Positions 25,925 to 35,730 are shown, counted from the stretch's first letter. The stretch: DNA of 46,541 nt from Eubacteriales bacterium (GCA_045536155.1 JAZSMZ010000050.1:1-46541), one strand, 5' to 3'. Numbers and translations: made by a program. Notes: generated by a model not told the origin, from the letters alone.

Positions 25925-26872
25925 TTATTCTATGGGCGCGGGTACCTTTTCTACGATATATTCGATGATGTTTTCGTTTGATTCTGACAGACGGATGGTG
26001 TTTTGCGAGCGGGAAATGATGCGGTGGGACAGCACGGGTACTGCCACGGCCTTCACGTCATCGGGAATGACGTAGTCGCGTCCCGACATTGCCGCCCACA
26101 CCTGAGCGGTTCGCATGAGGGCGAGCGTGCCGCGAGGGCTGACGCCGATGCGGGTCTTTTCGCTGTTTCTTGTCTCGTTCGATATTGCAACTATATATTC
26201 CTTTACCGAATCGGAAACGGTGATCTTGCCGACGTCGTAGTATGCGGCGCTGACCTCCTCTTTCGTTGCGACAGACGTGATCGATGTGAGAGGGCTTTGC
26301 TCGATGTATTCGTCAAGGATCATCTTTTCGGCATCCTTTTCGGGATATCCGAGCGATATTCTCATGAGGAATCGGTCAAGCTGTGCCTCGGGCAGCGGGA
26401 AAGTACCCTGGGATTCTATCGGGTTTTGTGTTGCGATAACGAAGAAGGGACGGGGCAGGGGGTAGGTGACACCGTCGATCGTCGCCTGATATTCTGCCAT
26501 ACATTCGAGCAAGGCCGACTGAGTACGGGGAGTGGTACGGTTGATCTCGTCGGCGATGACGATGTTGGTGAAAAGCGGACCGCGTCGGAAAACGAACTCG
26601 TTTGTCTTCTGGTTGTAGAAATTTATACCCGAGATGTCGGAGGGGAGCAGGTCGGGCGTGAACTGTATTCTCTTGCATTCTGCATCGATAGACAGCGAAA
26701 GTGCCTTTGCAAGATTGGTTTTGCCCGTTCCGGGAATATCGTCAAGCAGAACGTGGCCACCGCTTATCAGCGCGGCAACGATGAGACGGATCTTGTCGTC
26801 CTTGCCGAAAATGACCTTTTGTATATTGCTGCAGATGGATGCTGATAATCTCTGAATTCTTTCAAAATACAT
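25925..26872 (-). CDS. MoxR family AAA+ ATPase
   Basis: Walker A DDIPGTGKTNLAKAL, IQFTPDLLPSDISG, Walker B VIADEINRTTPRTQSALLECMAE, VIATQNPIESQGTFPLPEAQLDRF, GVSPRG. Confidence 0.92.
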   Translation of the reverse strand: MYFERIQRLSASICSNIQKVIFGKDDKIRLIVAALISGGHVLLDDIPGTGKTNLAKALSLSIDAECKRIQFTPDLLPSDISGINFYNQKTNEFVFRRGPLFTNIVIADEINRTTPRTQSALLECMAEYQATIDGVTYPLPRPFFVIATQNPIESQGTFPLPEAQLDRFLMRISLGYPEKDAEKMILDEYIEQSPLTSITSVATKEEVSAAYYDVGKITVSDSVKEYIVAISNETRNSEKTRIGVSPRGTLALMRTAQVWAAMSGRDYVIPDDVKAVAVPVLSHRIISRSQNTIRLSESNENIIEYIVEKVPAPIE

Positions 26873-26974
26873 ATCTCACACTATCCTTTTAATTAATATC
26901 AATAAGTCAATTATATATTAATATTTGTCCTTAAATGTTATCATATTGTTAAACTTGAAATTAACGCTATACTA

Positions 26975-27003
26975 TTGAAAAAAACTCATCTTTGGTGTAT
27001 AAT
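26975..27003 (+). promoter_or_regulatory. Promoter of the DUF2079 / ATPase / MutS-like operon
   Basis: TTGAAA (26975-26980), 17-nt spacer ending in TG, TATAAT (26998-27003). About 68 nt upstream of ATG 27072. Confidence 0.65.
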
Positions 27004-27071
27004 AATTAAAATGGCGTAAAAATGCGCAAAAATCGGATTATAGGCGGCAAATTTGCCTTCGGAGAATAAAG

Positions 27072-28841
27072 ATGAAGCTTGTCAAGGAAGTTTTTTCGGC
27101 ATCGGTAAAGAGGTTTATCGCATCGTGGTGTGCGATGGCTTTTTTGCTGCTGGTCATTTTCGAAAAGGATTTTACCATGCCCTCTTTTGCGGGCGATTTT
27201 TCCATTGTTTCGGCACTTTTGATCATCGGCGCATTTTTCATCTTTGCCACCCTTGTCCGCCTTTTTGTTAAAACGGATATTTTTGATGATATATTCCTGC
27301 TTATCAGTGTGCTTGTCTATGCTTACACCCTTGTTTATAAGTATGCCGATCTCTATTTTTACATCGGCATAATGCTCGTTGTTGCTGTTTTGTCGGTCTA
27401 TCTTTTCGGCAACGATCGCTTCGGGCTCAAAACAAGAAATATAAATCCCGTATACGTCTATATCGTCGTCGGGGCGGCAGGACTGTTTTGCTTTGGCTAT
27501 ATTGCTCTTCAGACGGCGATGCGCTATATCACCTACAGCACTCCCAATTTCGATTTCGGCATATTTGTGCAGATGTTTCACAATATGGCGACAACGCTTC
27601 TGCCCGATACCACCTGCGAGCGCGACATGATGCTTTCGCATTTCGCCGTTCACACCTCCCCGATATTCTATCTCATTTTGCCCTTCTATTGGCTTTTCCC
27701 ATCGCCGATTACCTTGCAGATAGCGCAGGGGGCCATCGTTGCAAGCGGAATTATCCCTCTTGTGTTGATCTCAAGACAGCTAAAGCTTCCCACACTCGTT
27801 ACGGGCGCGCTCTCTGTTGCATATGCCTTTTATCCTGCGGTGTACGGCGGATGCTTTTACGATATACACGAAAACTGCTTTTTGCTTCCGCTCATTTTGT
27901 GGCTCTTCTATTTTGCCGAAAAGGAAAAATATATCCCCGCGTTTGTTTTTGCATTCCTTACCCTTATGGTCAAGGAGGATGCCTTTATATACGTGCTTTT
28001 TGCGGGGCTTTACCTCATTTTGAGCCGCAAGAAATATAAATTTGGCATTATAATCTCTGTCGTTTCGGTTGCATATTTTGCGCTTGTCGCCTTCCTTATG
28101 ACCAAATTCGGTCAGGGCATAATGGCGGGAAGGTTTTCAAACTACATAACAGATGACGGCGGACTTGTCAGCGTGGTCGTCAATCTTTTGCGTAACCCTG
28201 CGCTGCTCTTTTCCGAATCGTTCGATTCTGAAAAGCTGCTTTTCGCGATACAGATGCTCCTGCCTATCGGATTTTTGCCCTTTTTGACACGCGACGTTTC
28301 GCGCCTTACCCTTCTTTTCCCGTTCCTGCTTATCAACATCATGCCCGATTACGTATATCAGCATTCGATCTATTTCCAGTACGTTTTCGGATCAACTGCC
28401 TTCCTTTTCTATGCCGCGGCGCTTAATCTTGCCGATATGAAGGGCTCATATCGCCGCACCGTTGCCGCATATTCGCTTCTCGCCTGCATTCTCGGCTTTA
28501 CGTCGATGATAAGCGACCGCGGACACTACGTTGCAAAATACGAAGCCACAAGGGAGCAGATTTCGATAATGGACGAGGCGATCGAGTGTGTGCCCGACGG
28601 CGTGTCTGTCAAGGCATCGTCCTTCTTTTTGCCCCATCTTGCCAACAGACGTTATCTTTACGATTTTGGCCGCACAAAGCATGACACCGAGTACATCGCC
28701 ATCGATTTAAGATACGAGGACGGCAAGCACGAAGAAGCCCAGATAGAGGTCTACGAAGAAAAGGGCTACGAGATAGTTTACTATTCCAAGGGGCTGGCAC
28801 TTATAGTCAGAAACCCCTTCTACGTTGGAGAAAACGGATAA
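27072..28841 (+). CDS. DUF2079 domain-containing integral membrane protein (GT-C-like)
   Basis: 589 aa, more than 10 TM segments. NFDFGIFVQMFHNM...HFAVHTSPIFYLILPFYWLFPSP resembles the DUF2079 signature region. RBS GGAGAATAAAG. Confidence 0.7.
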   Translation: MKLVKEVFSASVKRFIASWCAMAFLLLVIFEKDFTMPSFAGDFSIVSALLIIGAFFIFATLVRLFVKTDIFDDIFLLISVLVYAYTLVYKYADLYFYIGIMLVVAVLSVYLFGNDRFGLKTRNINPVYVYIVVGAAGLFCFGYIALQTAMRYITYSTPNFDFGIFVQMFHNMATTLLPDTTCERDMMLSHFAVHTSPIFYLILPFYWLFPSPITLQIAQGAIVASGIIPLVLISRQLKLPTLVTGALSVAYAFYPAVYGGCFYDIHENCFLLPLILWLFYFAEKEKYIPAFVFAFLTLMVKEDAFIYVLFAGLYLILSRKKYKFGIIISVVSVAYFALVAFLMTKFGQGIMAGRFSNYITDDGGLVSVVVNLLRNPALLFSESFDSEKLLFAIQMLLPIGFLPFLTRDVSRLTLLFPFLLINIMPDYVYQHSIYFQYVFGSTAFLFYAAALNLADMKGSYRRTVAAYSLLACILGFTSMISDRGHYVAKYEATREQISIMDEAIECVPDGVSVKASSFFLPHLANRRYLYDFGRTKHDTEYIAIDLRYEDGKHEEAQIEVYEEKGYEIVYYSKGLALIVRNPFYVGENG

Positions 28842-31244
28842 ATGAAGAAAAAACAAACCTTTGAAAAAGGCGACATAGTTCGCATCAATGCCGATGCGAG
28901 CGTCGGGCTTAACGACGAGCAGGTGCTCGACCGTATAGTAAACGGTCATAGCAATATTCCCGTCGAATCACCCTCGAAAACGGTAGGGCAGATCATTGCC
29001 TCAAACGTGTTCACCTATTTTAACCTTATATTTTTTGTGCTCGCGATATTGATGATCGTCGCATCGTCATATAACGACCTTATGTTCATGCTGGTCGTTT
29101 TTGCGAATATCCTTATCGGCGTGGTACAGGAGCTAAATGCCAAGCGCACGCTTGACAAGCTGCAGCTTTTGAGCGCGCCTGTTGCTCGTGTGATAAGGAA
29201 TGGTGAGGAGATCGAAACGAACGTTGAAAATCTCGTTATCGACGATATAGCAGTCCTCGGTCCCGGCGATCAGATCAGCGCCGATGCCGTGGTGGTATCG
29301 GGAAGTGTGAGCGTGAACGAATCGCTCGTTACCGGCGAGAGCGACGAGATAGCAAAAAAAGAGGGTGACAGCCTTCTTTCGGGCAGCTTTGTCGTAAGCG
29401 GTAAGTGCCGCGCAAGGATCACTTGCGTCGGACACGATTCCTTCGTTGCCCGTCTCACTCTTGATGCAAAAAAGACGAAAAAGCGCAAAAAGAAGGGCAT
29501 GATGCTCGCTCTTTCCCGCCTGATTATGGTCATCGGAATCGTGATAATCCCCATCGGCGCGGCGCTTTTTTTCAATCAGATGTACCGCCTCGACATGAGC
29601 TGGGACGAATCGCTTGTCAAGATGGCAGGTGCGCTTATCGGTATGATTCCGGAAGGACTTTATCTGTTGACGTCGATCGCTTTGGCGGTCAGCGTTATAC
29701 GCCTTGCCAAAAAGAAAACGCTCGTCCACGAGCTCGGCTGTATCGAGATGCTTGCACGAGTTGACGTTTTGTGCCTTGACAAAACGGGTACTATCACCGA
29801 AAACGAGATGAAGGTGGACGATTTTTATCCTCTCGGCGCAGAAAAAGAGACGACCGAGCAGATAATTTCCGACGTTGTGTCCTCTCTGAATGCCGATAAC
29901 AATACCATGATCGCGCTTAAAGAGAGATTTACGCTTGCCGCCCAAAGAAAGGCAAAAAGCACGGTGCCTTTCTCGTCGGTGTATAAATTCAGCGCAGTCA
30001 ACTTCGAATCGGGCGAAAGCTACGTGATAGGCGCACCCGAATTTGTGCTGCTTGATCGGTATGAAAAGCATAAAGAACAAATAGAAAAGCTTGCCTTTGC
30101 AGGTGAGCGAGTGCTGGCGCTTGCCTTGAGTGACGGCGAAGTCAGAGGCGGCGAAAGACCGAAAAACGTGACGCTTAAAGCTCTTATCACCCTTTCCAAC
30201 CCCATTCGAAAGGATGCAAAGGATACCTTTTCCTACTTTTCCGAGCAGGGAGTCAAGATAAAGGTTATATCGGGTGACAACCCGATAACCGTCGCTTCGG
30301 CCGCTAAAAAAGCGGGCATAGAAAGCTCCGATAAATACGTTGACGTGTCCACGCTCAGCGACGGTGAGCTTTACGATGCTGCCGATGAATATACCGTTTT
30401 CGGCCGTGTCAGCCCCGAGCAGAAAAAGAAGCTTATTTTGTGCCTCAAAAAGCAGGGGCATACCGTTGCCATGACGGGGGACGGAGTAAACGACGTGTTG
30501 GCGCTCAAGGAGGCCGATTGCAGTATCGCCATGGCCTCGGGAAGCGACGTTGCAAGTCAGGTGTCCCACATCGTCCTGCTTGATTCGAATTTCGCATCGA
30601 TGCCCTCGGTCGTCGCAGAAGGACGGCGCGTGATAAACAACATCGAACGCTCGGCCTCTCTCTTTTTGGTGAAAAATATTTTCTCATTTATAATGGCCTG
30701 GATAACTATCTTTGCCGTGCTCGAATATCCGCTCGAGCCCTCGCAGCTTACGTTGGTCAATGCCTTTACGATCGGCATACCGTCCTTCGTTTTGGCACTT
30801 GAAGCGAATAAAAACAGAGTCCGCGGCAGGTTTATCAGCAATATCCTTTTCCGTGCCGCACCGGCAGGTCTTACAAACGTCCTGCTTATTTTGACGGCAT
30901 CGCTATTTTCGAAATTCTTTACCGAATTTACCGCTGCAGAGCTTTCGACTGTCGCCGTAATTTTGATGGCAACGGTGGGATTTATGATGCTCTGGCAGGT
31001 GTCAAAGCCCTTCAATCTGATACGCGGAGCTCTTTTTGGCGCGATGAGTGTTGGCTTTGTCGGTACGCTTGTCCTCTTCGGACAGCCGCTTTTCTCGGTG
31101 TCCCCCTTGAGTCGGGAGGCTATTTTGGTGCTCATAGTGCTGATGGCTCTCGCTTTCCCCATCTACTACGCGCTTTATACGCTGTTTTTTAAAACAAGCG
31201 AAGGTCTTTCGAAATTGAAAGGCAAGATAACAAAGAAAGAATAA
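28842..31244 (+). CDS. Cation-translocating P-type ATPase (P2-like, PEGL motif)
   Basis: TGESDE, MIPEGLYLL, phosphorylation site CLDKTGTITEN, MTGDGVNDVLALKEADCSIAMASGSD. The ATG directly abuts the upstream stop (TAAATG). Confidence 0.9.
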   Translation: MKKKQTFEKGDIVRINADASVGLNDEQVLDRIVNGHSNIPVESPSKTVGQIIASNVFTYFNLIFFVLAILMIVASSYNDLMFMLVVFANILIGVVQELNAKRTLDKLQLLSAPVARVIRNGEEIETNVENLVIDDIAVLGPGDQISADAVVVSGSVSVNESLVTGESDEIAKKEGDSLLSGSFVVSGKCRARITCVGHDSFVARLTLDAKKTKKRKKKGMMLALSRLIMVIGIVIIPIGAALFFNQMYRLDMSWDESLVKMAGALIGMIPEGLYLLTSIALAVSVIRLAKKKTLVHELGCIEMLARVDVLCLDKTGTITENEMKVDDFYPLGAEKETTEQIISDVVSSLNADNNTMIALKERFTLAAQRKAKSTVPFSSVYKFSAVNFESGESYVIGAPEFVLLDRYEKHKEQIEKLAFAGERVLALALSDGEVRGGERPKNVTLKALITLSNPIRKDAKDTFSYFSEQGVKIKVISGDNPITVASAAKKAGIESSDKYVDVSTLSDGELYDAADEYTVFGRVSPEQKKKLILCLKKQGHTVAMTGDGVNDVLALKEADCSIAMASGSDVASQVSHIVLLDSNFASMPSVVAEGRRVINNIERSASLFLVKNIFSFIMAWITIFAVLEYPLEPSQLTLVNAFTIGIPSFVLALEANKNRVRGRFISNILFRAAPAGLTNVLLILTASLFSKFFTEFTAAELSTVAVILMATVGFMMLWQVSKPFNLIRGALFGAMSVGFVGTLVLFGQPLFSVSPLSREAILVLIVLMALAFPIYYALYTLFFKTSEGLSKLKGKITKKE

Positions 31245-31263
31245 ATTGTAAGGAAAGATCGTT

Positions 31264-32715
31264 ATGGCATATCCTGATTTAATGTTCCTCGGACAAATAC
31301 CGCATCATCGCATTTTTGACGATGCTTTTGAGGATATGAAGCTCAAAACGCTTCTCGGCGACGAAACGGTGCACGCGATGAACACCCCCTGCGAAAGGGA
31401 GGATATAATCGCGCGGCAAGAGATGTTTTCTGCCATGAAGAGCAGTGAAGCGCGAAATCATATGGCGCTGTTAAAAGAGAATATTACCGCCGTCAGCACC
31501 CTTTCCGAAAGGTATGAAAACGCCAGATGCGACAGCGAAAGATACATTCTTTTCGCAAATCTCGCAAAGGCGATATCGCTCTTTTTTGCCAATGCATCAG
31601 AGAGCGCACTCACCGCAAGGCTTTACGCTCGCTTTTGCGACTATTTTGCAAAAAGATGCGAGAATACCAATTACAAACAGCTTGTAAACGATCTCGACGT
31701 GCTGATGCCCATGATCGATGAGATGTCGGTAAGCCAGTATAAAATATCGGGGGACAATGTAAAAGTTTCGCTCGATACCGCCACGCCCTACGTTGAGAGA
31801 CTTCTTGCCGATGCCGAATGCCTCGGGATCGCGCGTCCGCGTATGCAGACAATGGAGGTGCGCGTGATGGATTGCTCGGTTATCGAAGCGACCGCCAAGC
31901 TTCATCCCGATCTTTTTTCCGCCCTTGCCGATTTTCATACCCGACACAAAAACTTTTATGAGCGCGAGCTTCTTTTATACCGCACCTCGATCACCTTTTA
32001 CACCGAGATATGCGATATGCTCGATTGGATAATGTCGAAGGGAATCCCGGTCTGCTTTCCCAAGATCGCCGAAACGAAAAAGATCGATATATCAAGCGCA
32101 TACGATATCACCCTTTTGACAAAGGGTGAAACGAATATAATCCCCAACGACGTTTATTTCGATGAAAAAGAGCCCTTTTTCTATCTCACAGGCGCCAACG
32201 GCGGCGGTAAGACGACCTACCTAAGAACCGTCGGAATCAGCACCATACTCTTTTTGAACGGCTGTCCCTGTCCCGCTCAGAGAGCACAGATATATCCGAT
32301 GCATAACGTATTTACCCACTTCCCGCGCGACGAGCGATTTGACAACGCCGGCCGAAACGCCGAGGAGCAGATCAGAGTCAAGAGAATACTCGATACAACC
32401 GACCACGTTTCGCTCGTGTTGCTTAACGAGACCTATTCGACCACAAGCGAGGAGGTCGCGATACAGCAGACGTCCGCTCTTGCCGAAGCGATGTACCGCG
32501 GCGGCGAGTTCGGCGTGTACGTCACTCATCAGCACTCAACGTCCGACGGCGAGATTCCATATCTCAACGTAATAATCGACGTCAACGACAGCAACCGCCG
32601 AACCTATAAGGTTGCTCGCCAAAACAGTGTTTACAGTTCCTACGCCCGCGATATTTTGCAAAAATATTCGCTTACAAAGGAAGATCTCGACCGCCGATTC
32701 GGCAATATAAACTAA
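31264..32715 (+). CDS. MutS-domain-V ATPase (MutS-related, no mismatch-binding or Smr domain), paralogue 1
   Basis: Helical N-terminal half. Walker A TGANGGGKTTYLRTVG. Walker B-like SLVLLNETYSTTS. VYVTHQH. RBS AAGGAAAG. Confidence 0.8.
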   Translation: MAYPDLMFLGQIPHHRIFDDAFEDMKLKTLLGDETVHAMNTPCEREDIIARQEMFSAMKSSEARNHMALLKENITAVSTLSERYENARCDSERYILFANLAKAISLFFANASESALTARLYARFCDYFAKRCENTNYKQLVNDLDVLMPMIDEMSVSQYKISGDNVKVSLDTATPYVERLLADAECLGIARPRMQTMEVRVMDCSVIEATAKLHPDLFSALADFHTRHKNFYERELLLYRTSITFYTEICDMLDWIMSKGIPVCFPKIAETKKIDISSAYDITLLTKGETNIIPNDVYFDEKEPFFYLTGANGGGKTTYLRTVGISTILFLNGCPCPAQRAQIYPMHNVFTHFPRDERFDNAGRNAEEQIRVKRILDTTDHVSLVLLNETYSTTSEEVAIQQTSALAEAMYRGGEFGVYVTHQHSTSDGEIPYLNVIIDVNDSNRRTYKVARQNSVYSSYARDILQKYSLTKEDLDRRFGNIN

Positions 32716-32752
32716 ATTTTAAGAAAGCGGGCTTTGGCCCGAATAAAAGAAA

Positions 32753-34267
32753 ATGAAATTCAGTTTGCTTTACAAAAACATTCCCGAATATTCATACGAG
32801 GATCAAAACCCTCCTTTTGATATAATATACGATCTGTCGATCGATAAATCGGTATCGCGCATTTGCCGCGATACGCGCAAAGCGGACTATTTTCTGTCGG
32901 TCATGCGACGAATGCTTACCGACGTTGACGATATAGTCTACCGCCAGAATCTTCTTGCCGATTTTATCGAATATCCCGAGCTGCTCGACGAGCTGAAAGT
33001 GATATTCTCGCGCTACGACAAGATCAAAAGCGACTGGGTGGAGCTCCGCTCGACGTCCTTTCCCTCGGCGAGCTCGTCAAACTCAAGCGCGCTGCTTGAA
33101 CACACCTTTTCATCGCTCAAGCTCACGTCAATTTTCCCGCGTACCATCATCTCTTTTTATGAAAACATCGGCTCGACGATCGCAAAATACGACGTCAAGT
33201 CACATGCGCTTGTATCGATGATGAGCTATTGCAACGAGATGACCGAGAACAATTCGCTCAACGAGATCGCCGATATTGCCTCGCTCTTCCAGTACAAGAC
33301 CGCCGAGGACTACGATTTCGGCGTGCTCTGCCGTCTTGACAGCACGATGCGTCTTGTCGAATGCGAGCTTTGCGATATAAGGGAGCATCAAAAGGACAAA
33401 AAGCCGCTTATCGATTGGAAGGCGCTCGCATCAAAGAAGAATAAGGATGCCGCCCTTCGCGAGGTCGATGCCGACAAGGAGGCTATCGACGGGGTGCGAT
33501 TTGTTCTGACCGAGGCGCTATATCATATCGATTCCACACTCAACTACATCACCAATATCGTCTACGAAACCTTCCACGGACTTTCCTCTGAGCTGATGTT
33601 TTATGAGGTCGCGCTCAAAATATGCGAGTATTTGTCGGAAAATGACGTTCCGCTTTGCGTGCCCGACCTGCTCGATATGGAGCATGACACGGTAAAGGCA
33701 AGCTCTCTTCGCGATTTTTATCTGGCTGCCGGCGGCAAGAAGGGAAGCGAGATCATTCCCAATGACGTCAGCTTTGAAAAGGGTGAGGGAGGAGTGCTTA
33801 TCCGCGGACGCAACAATACCGGTAAGACAACCTTCCTGCGCTCGCTCGGAACAGCGCAGCTCTTTGCTCAGGCGGGACTTCCCGTTTGCGCCGAAAGCGC
33901 ATCTTTCAGCGTAAGAAGCGCGGTGTTTACCCATTTTTCCTCTGCGGAAGAAGATTTTATTGAAGGCGATACGTCAGGACGCTTTGAGGGCGAGGTCAAG
34001 GAGATGGCCAAGATGGTTGATAATTTGAAACCATATTCGCTTATTCTGCTCAACGAGACCTTCCAGACCACGTCGTATGATGAAGGCGCTTGCGGAATTT
34101 ACAATATCCTCTCCCTTTTCACCAAGATGAAGGCGAAATTCGTCTTTGTAACCCATCTTTTGGGGCTGTTCGATATGTGCGGCGATATTCCCGTCCGACT
34201 TATGGAAACGGTGCTTAATGACAGCGACGGAAAGCGACCGTACGTAATAAGCGATATTAATAAATAA
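32753..34267 (+). CDS. MutS-domain-V ATPase (MutS-related), paralogue 2
   Basis: Walker A RGRNNTGKTTFLRSLG. GRFEGEVKEM (MutS SxFxxE-like). Walker B-like SLILLNETFQTTSYDEG. FVFVTHLL. Confidence 0.8.
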   Translation: MKFSLLYKNIPEYSYEDQNPPFDIIYDLSIDKSVSRICRDTRKADYFLSVMRRMLTDVDDIVYRQNLLADFIEYPELLDELKVIFSRYDKIKSDWVELRSTSFPSASSSNSSALLEHTFSSLKLTSIFPRTIISFYENIGSTIAKYDVKSHALVSMMSYCNEMTENNSLNEIADIASLFQYKTAEDYDFGVLCRLDSTMRLVECELCDIREHQKDKKPLIDWKALASKKNKDAALREVDADKEAIDGVRFVLTEALYHIDSTLNYITNIVYETFHGLSSELMFYEVALKICEYLSENDVPLCVPDLLDMEHDTVKASSLRDFYLAAGGKKGSEIIPNDVSFEKGEGGVLIRGRNNTGKTTFLRSLGTAQLFAQAGLPVCAESASFSVRSAVFTHFSSAEEDFIEGDTSGRFEGEVKEMAKMVDNLKPYSLILLNETFQTTSYDEGACGIYNILSLFTKMKAKFVFVTHLLGLFDMCGDIPVRLMETVLNDSDGKRPYVISDINK

Positions 34268-34268
34268 C

Positions 34269-34296
34269 AAAAAACGATGCTTTGGCATCGTTTTTT
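34269..34296 (+). terminator. Terminator of the four-gene operon
   Basis: AAAAACGATGC-TTTG-GCATCGTTTTTT directly after the stop codon. Confidence 0.85.
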
Positions 34297-34382
34297 ATAT
34301 TGATGGGCATGGCGGTTATAATCAAAGATGGACGAACATACAATTTAGTGAAAAGTAAAAACAGCTACCAATGGAGGCTACT

Positions 34383-34859
34383 ATGTTTGTATATTCGCTC
34401 AGAGCATCTACGCTTAAATTTGTCGGAGTGCTTGCCCTGTCACTCGCCACCCTTATCACACTTATAACGCTTATCCCCACCTTTGAGCCGGCGGCATCGT
34501 CCACTCTTTCGCAAAAGCAAAATGAAATAGTATATTCGGGCATCAAGAGCGCCGAGGACGGCGCGGCATTTCTCGCGCAGTTTGGCTGGGACGTCAAGAC
34601 CGACTCTGTCGAATGCGAACAGATCAAAATGCCTGCTGAGTTCGACAGCGTTATGATCGAATACAACGAGCTGCAAAAGAGTCAAGGGCTTGATCTGTCC
34701 AAATACCGCCGCCGCGACGTCACACGCTATACCTATAAGGTCAAAAACTATCCCAAATACGACGGCACCGTTTACGCTACCATTCTCGTATACCGAAACA
34801 AGGTAGTGGGCGGAGACATCTGCTCGGCCGACGTCAACGGATTTGTCAAAGGCTTTTGA
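34383..34859 (+). CDS. DUF4830 domain-containing protein
   Basis: N-terminal TM segment, then AAFLAQFGWDV...IKMPAEFDSVMIEYNELQKSQGLDLSKY...VVGGDICSADVNGFV, typical of DUF4830. ATG 34383 is preceded by GGAGG. Confidence 0.7.
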   Translation: MFVYSLRASTLKFVGVLALSLATLITLITLIPTFEPAASSTLSQKQNEIVYSGIKSAEDGAAFLAQFGWDVKTDSVECEQIKMPAEFDSVMIEYNELQKSQGLDLSKYRRRDVTRYTYKVKNYPKYDGTVYATILVYRNKVVGGDICSADVNGFVKGF

Positions 34860-34871
34860 TGCATCGTAAAA

Positions 34872-34900
34872 TTGACAAAACGTGCGATATGTGATATAAT
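34872..34900 (+). promoter_or_regulatory. Promoter of ymdB
   Basis: TTGACA (34872-34877), 17-nt spacer, GTGATATAAT (TATAAT 34895-34900). Confidence 0.7.
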
Positions 34901-34938
34901 TGCTGTCACAGCTAATATATAGGAAGTTGGTTCATTAA

Positions 34939-35724
34939 ATGTCACAAATAAAGATCCTCGCACTCGGCGACGTCGTGGGCGAGAGCTCGGTTGAATATAT
35001 ACGCCGCCGACTCGGGCGGTTTTGCGACGACAACGCGATAGATTTCACCGTCCTGAACGGCGAGAATGCCTGCATGGGACAGGGAAATGGGCTCGACGTT
35101 GTCAGCGCAAAGACCCTTTTGCAGTCGGGCGCCGACGTTATAACTTCGGGCAATCATATATGGCACAAGAAGGATATGCGCGAATATCTCGATTCGACCG
35201 ACCGCATAATCCGCCCTGCGAATTACCAGCCTACGATGCCCGGCCAAGGGTACACAAAGGTGAATTGCCAAGGCTATACAATGCTCGTCATCAACGTGCT
35301 CGGTGTCATATACATCGAGCCGCTCGACAGCCCTTTTGCTGCGGTTGAGCAGATACTCGAGCGTGAAGATGGCAGATACGATTTCGCTATTCTTGATATC
35401 CATGCCGAGGCGACAAGCGAAAAGTATGCGCTCGCACGTTATTTTGACGGCCGCATCCACGCGATGTTCGGCACGCACACTCATATACCCACCGCCGACA
35501 ATCAAGTGCTCAAAAAAGGCAGCGGCTTTGTCTGTGATCTCGGTATGTGCGGACCGGTCGATTCCATTCTCGGCGTTAAAAACGAGTGCATCATCGAAAG
35601 GCTTGTCAACGGTGTTCAGCAAAAGTTCGAACTTGCCGACGGAGAAATCGAGGCAAACGGAGTTATATTTACCCTTGATACTGACAGCAAAAAATGCCTT
35701 TCGGTTGAAAGAATAAAGTTTTGA
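34939..35724 (+). CDS. ymdB: TIGR00282/YmdB-family metallophosphoesterase (2',3'-cyclic-nucleotide phosphodiesterase)
   Basis: KILALGDVVG, LNGENA, SGNHIWHKKD, DIHAEATSEK, FGTHTHIPTAD, CDLGMCGP. Confidence 0.9.
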   Translation: MSQIKILALGDVVGESSVEYIRRRLGRFCDDNAIDFTVLNGENACMGQGNGLDVVSAKTLLQSGADVITSGNHIWHKKDMREYLDSTDRIIRPANYQPTMPGQGYTKVNCQGYTMLVINVLGVIYIEPLDSPFAAVEQILEREDGRYDFAILDIHAEATSEKYALARYFDGRIHAMFGTHTHIPTADNQVLKKGSGFVCDLGMCGPVDSILGVKNECIIERLVNGVQQKFELADGEIEANGVIFTLDTDSKKCLSVERIKF

Positions 35725-35730
35725 CAGACA

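Noticed and set aside
27006-27653. 215-aa minus-strand ORF overlapping the DUF2079 start
   Set aside because: It is antisense to a well-supported membrane protein gene and extends into the promoter region. It has no RBS.
29133-30569. 478-aa ORF on the minus strand
   Set aside because: It is antisense to the P-type ATPase gene, which carries unambiguous DKTGT and GDGVND motifs. This is a shadow ORF.
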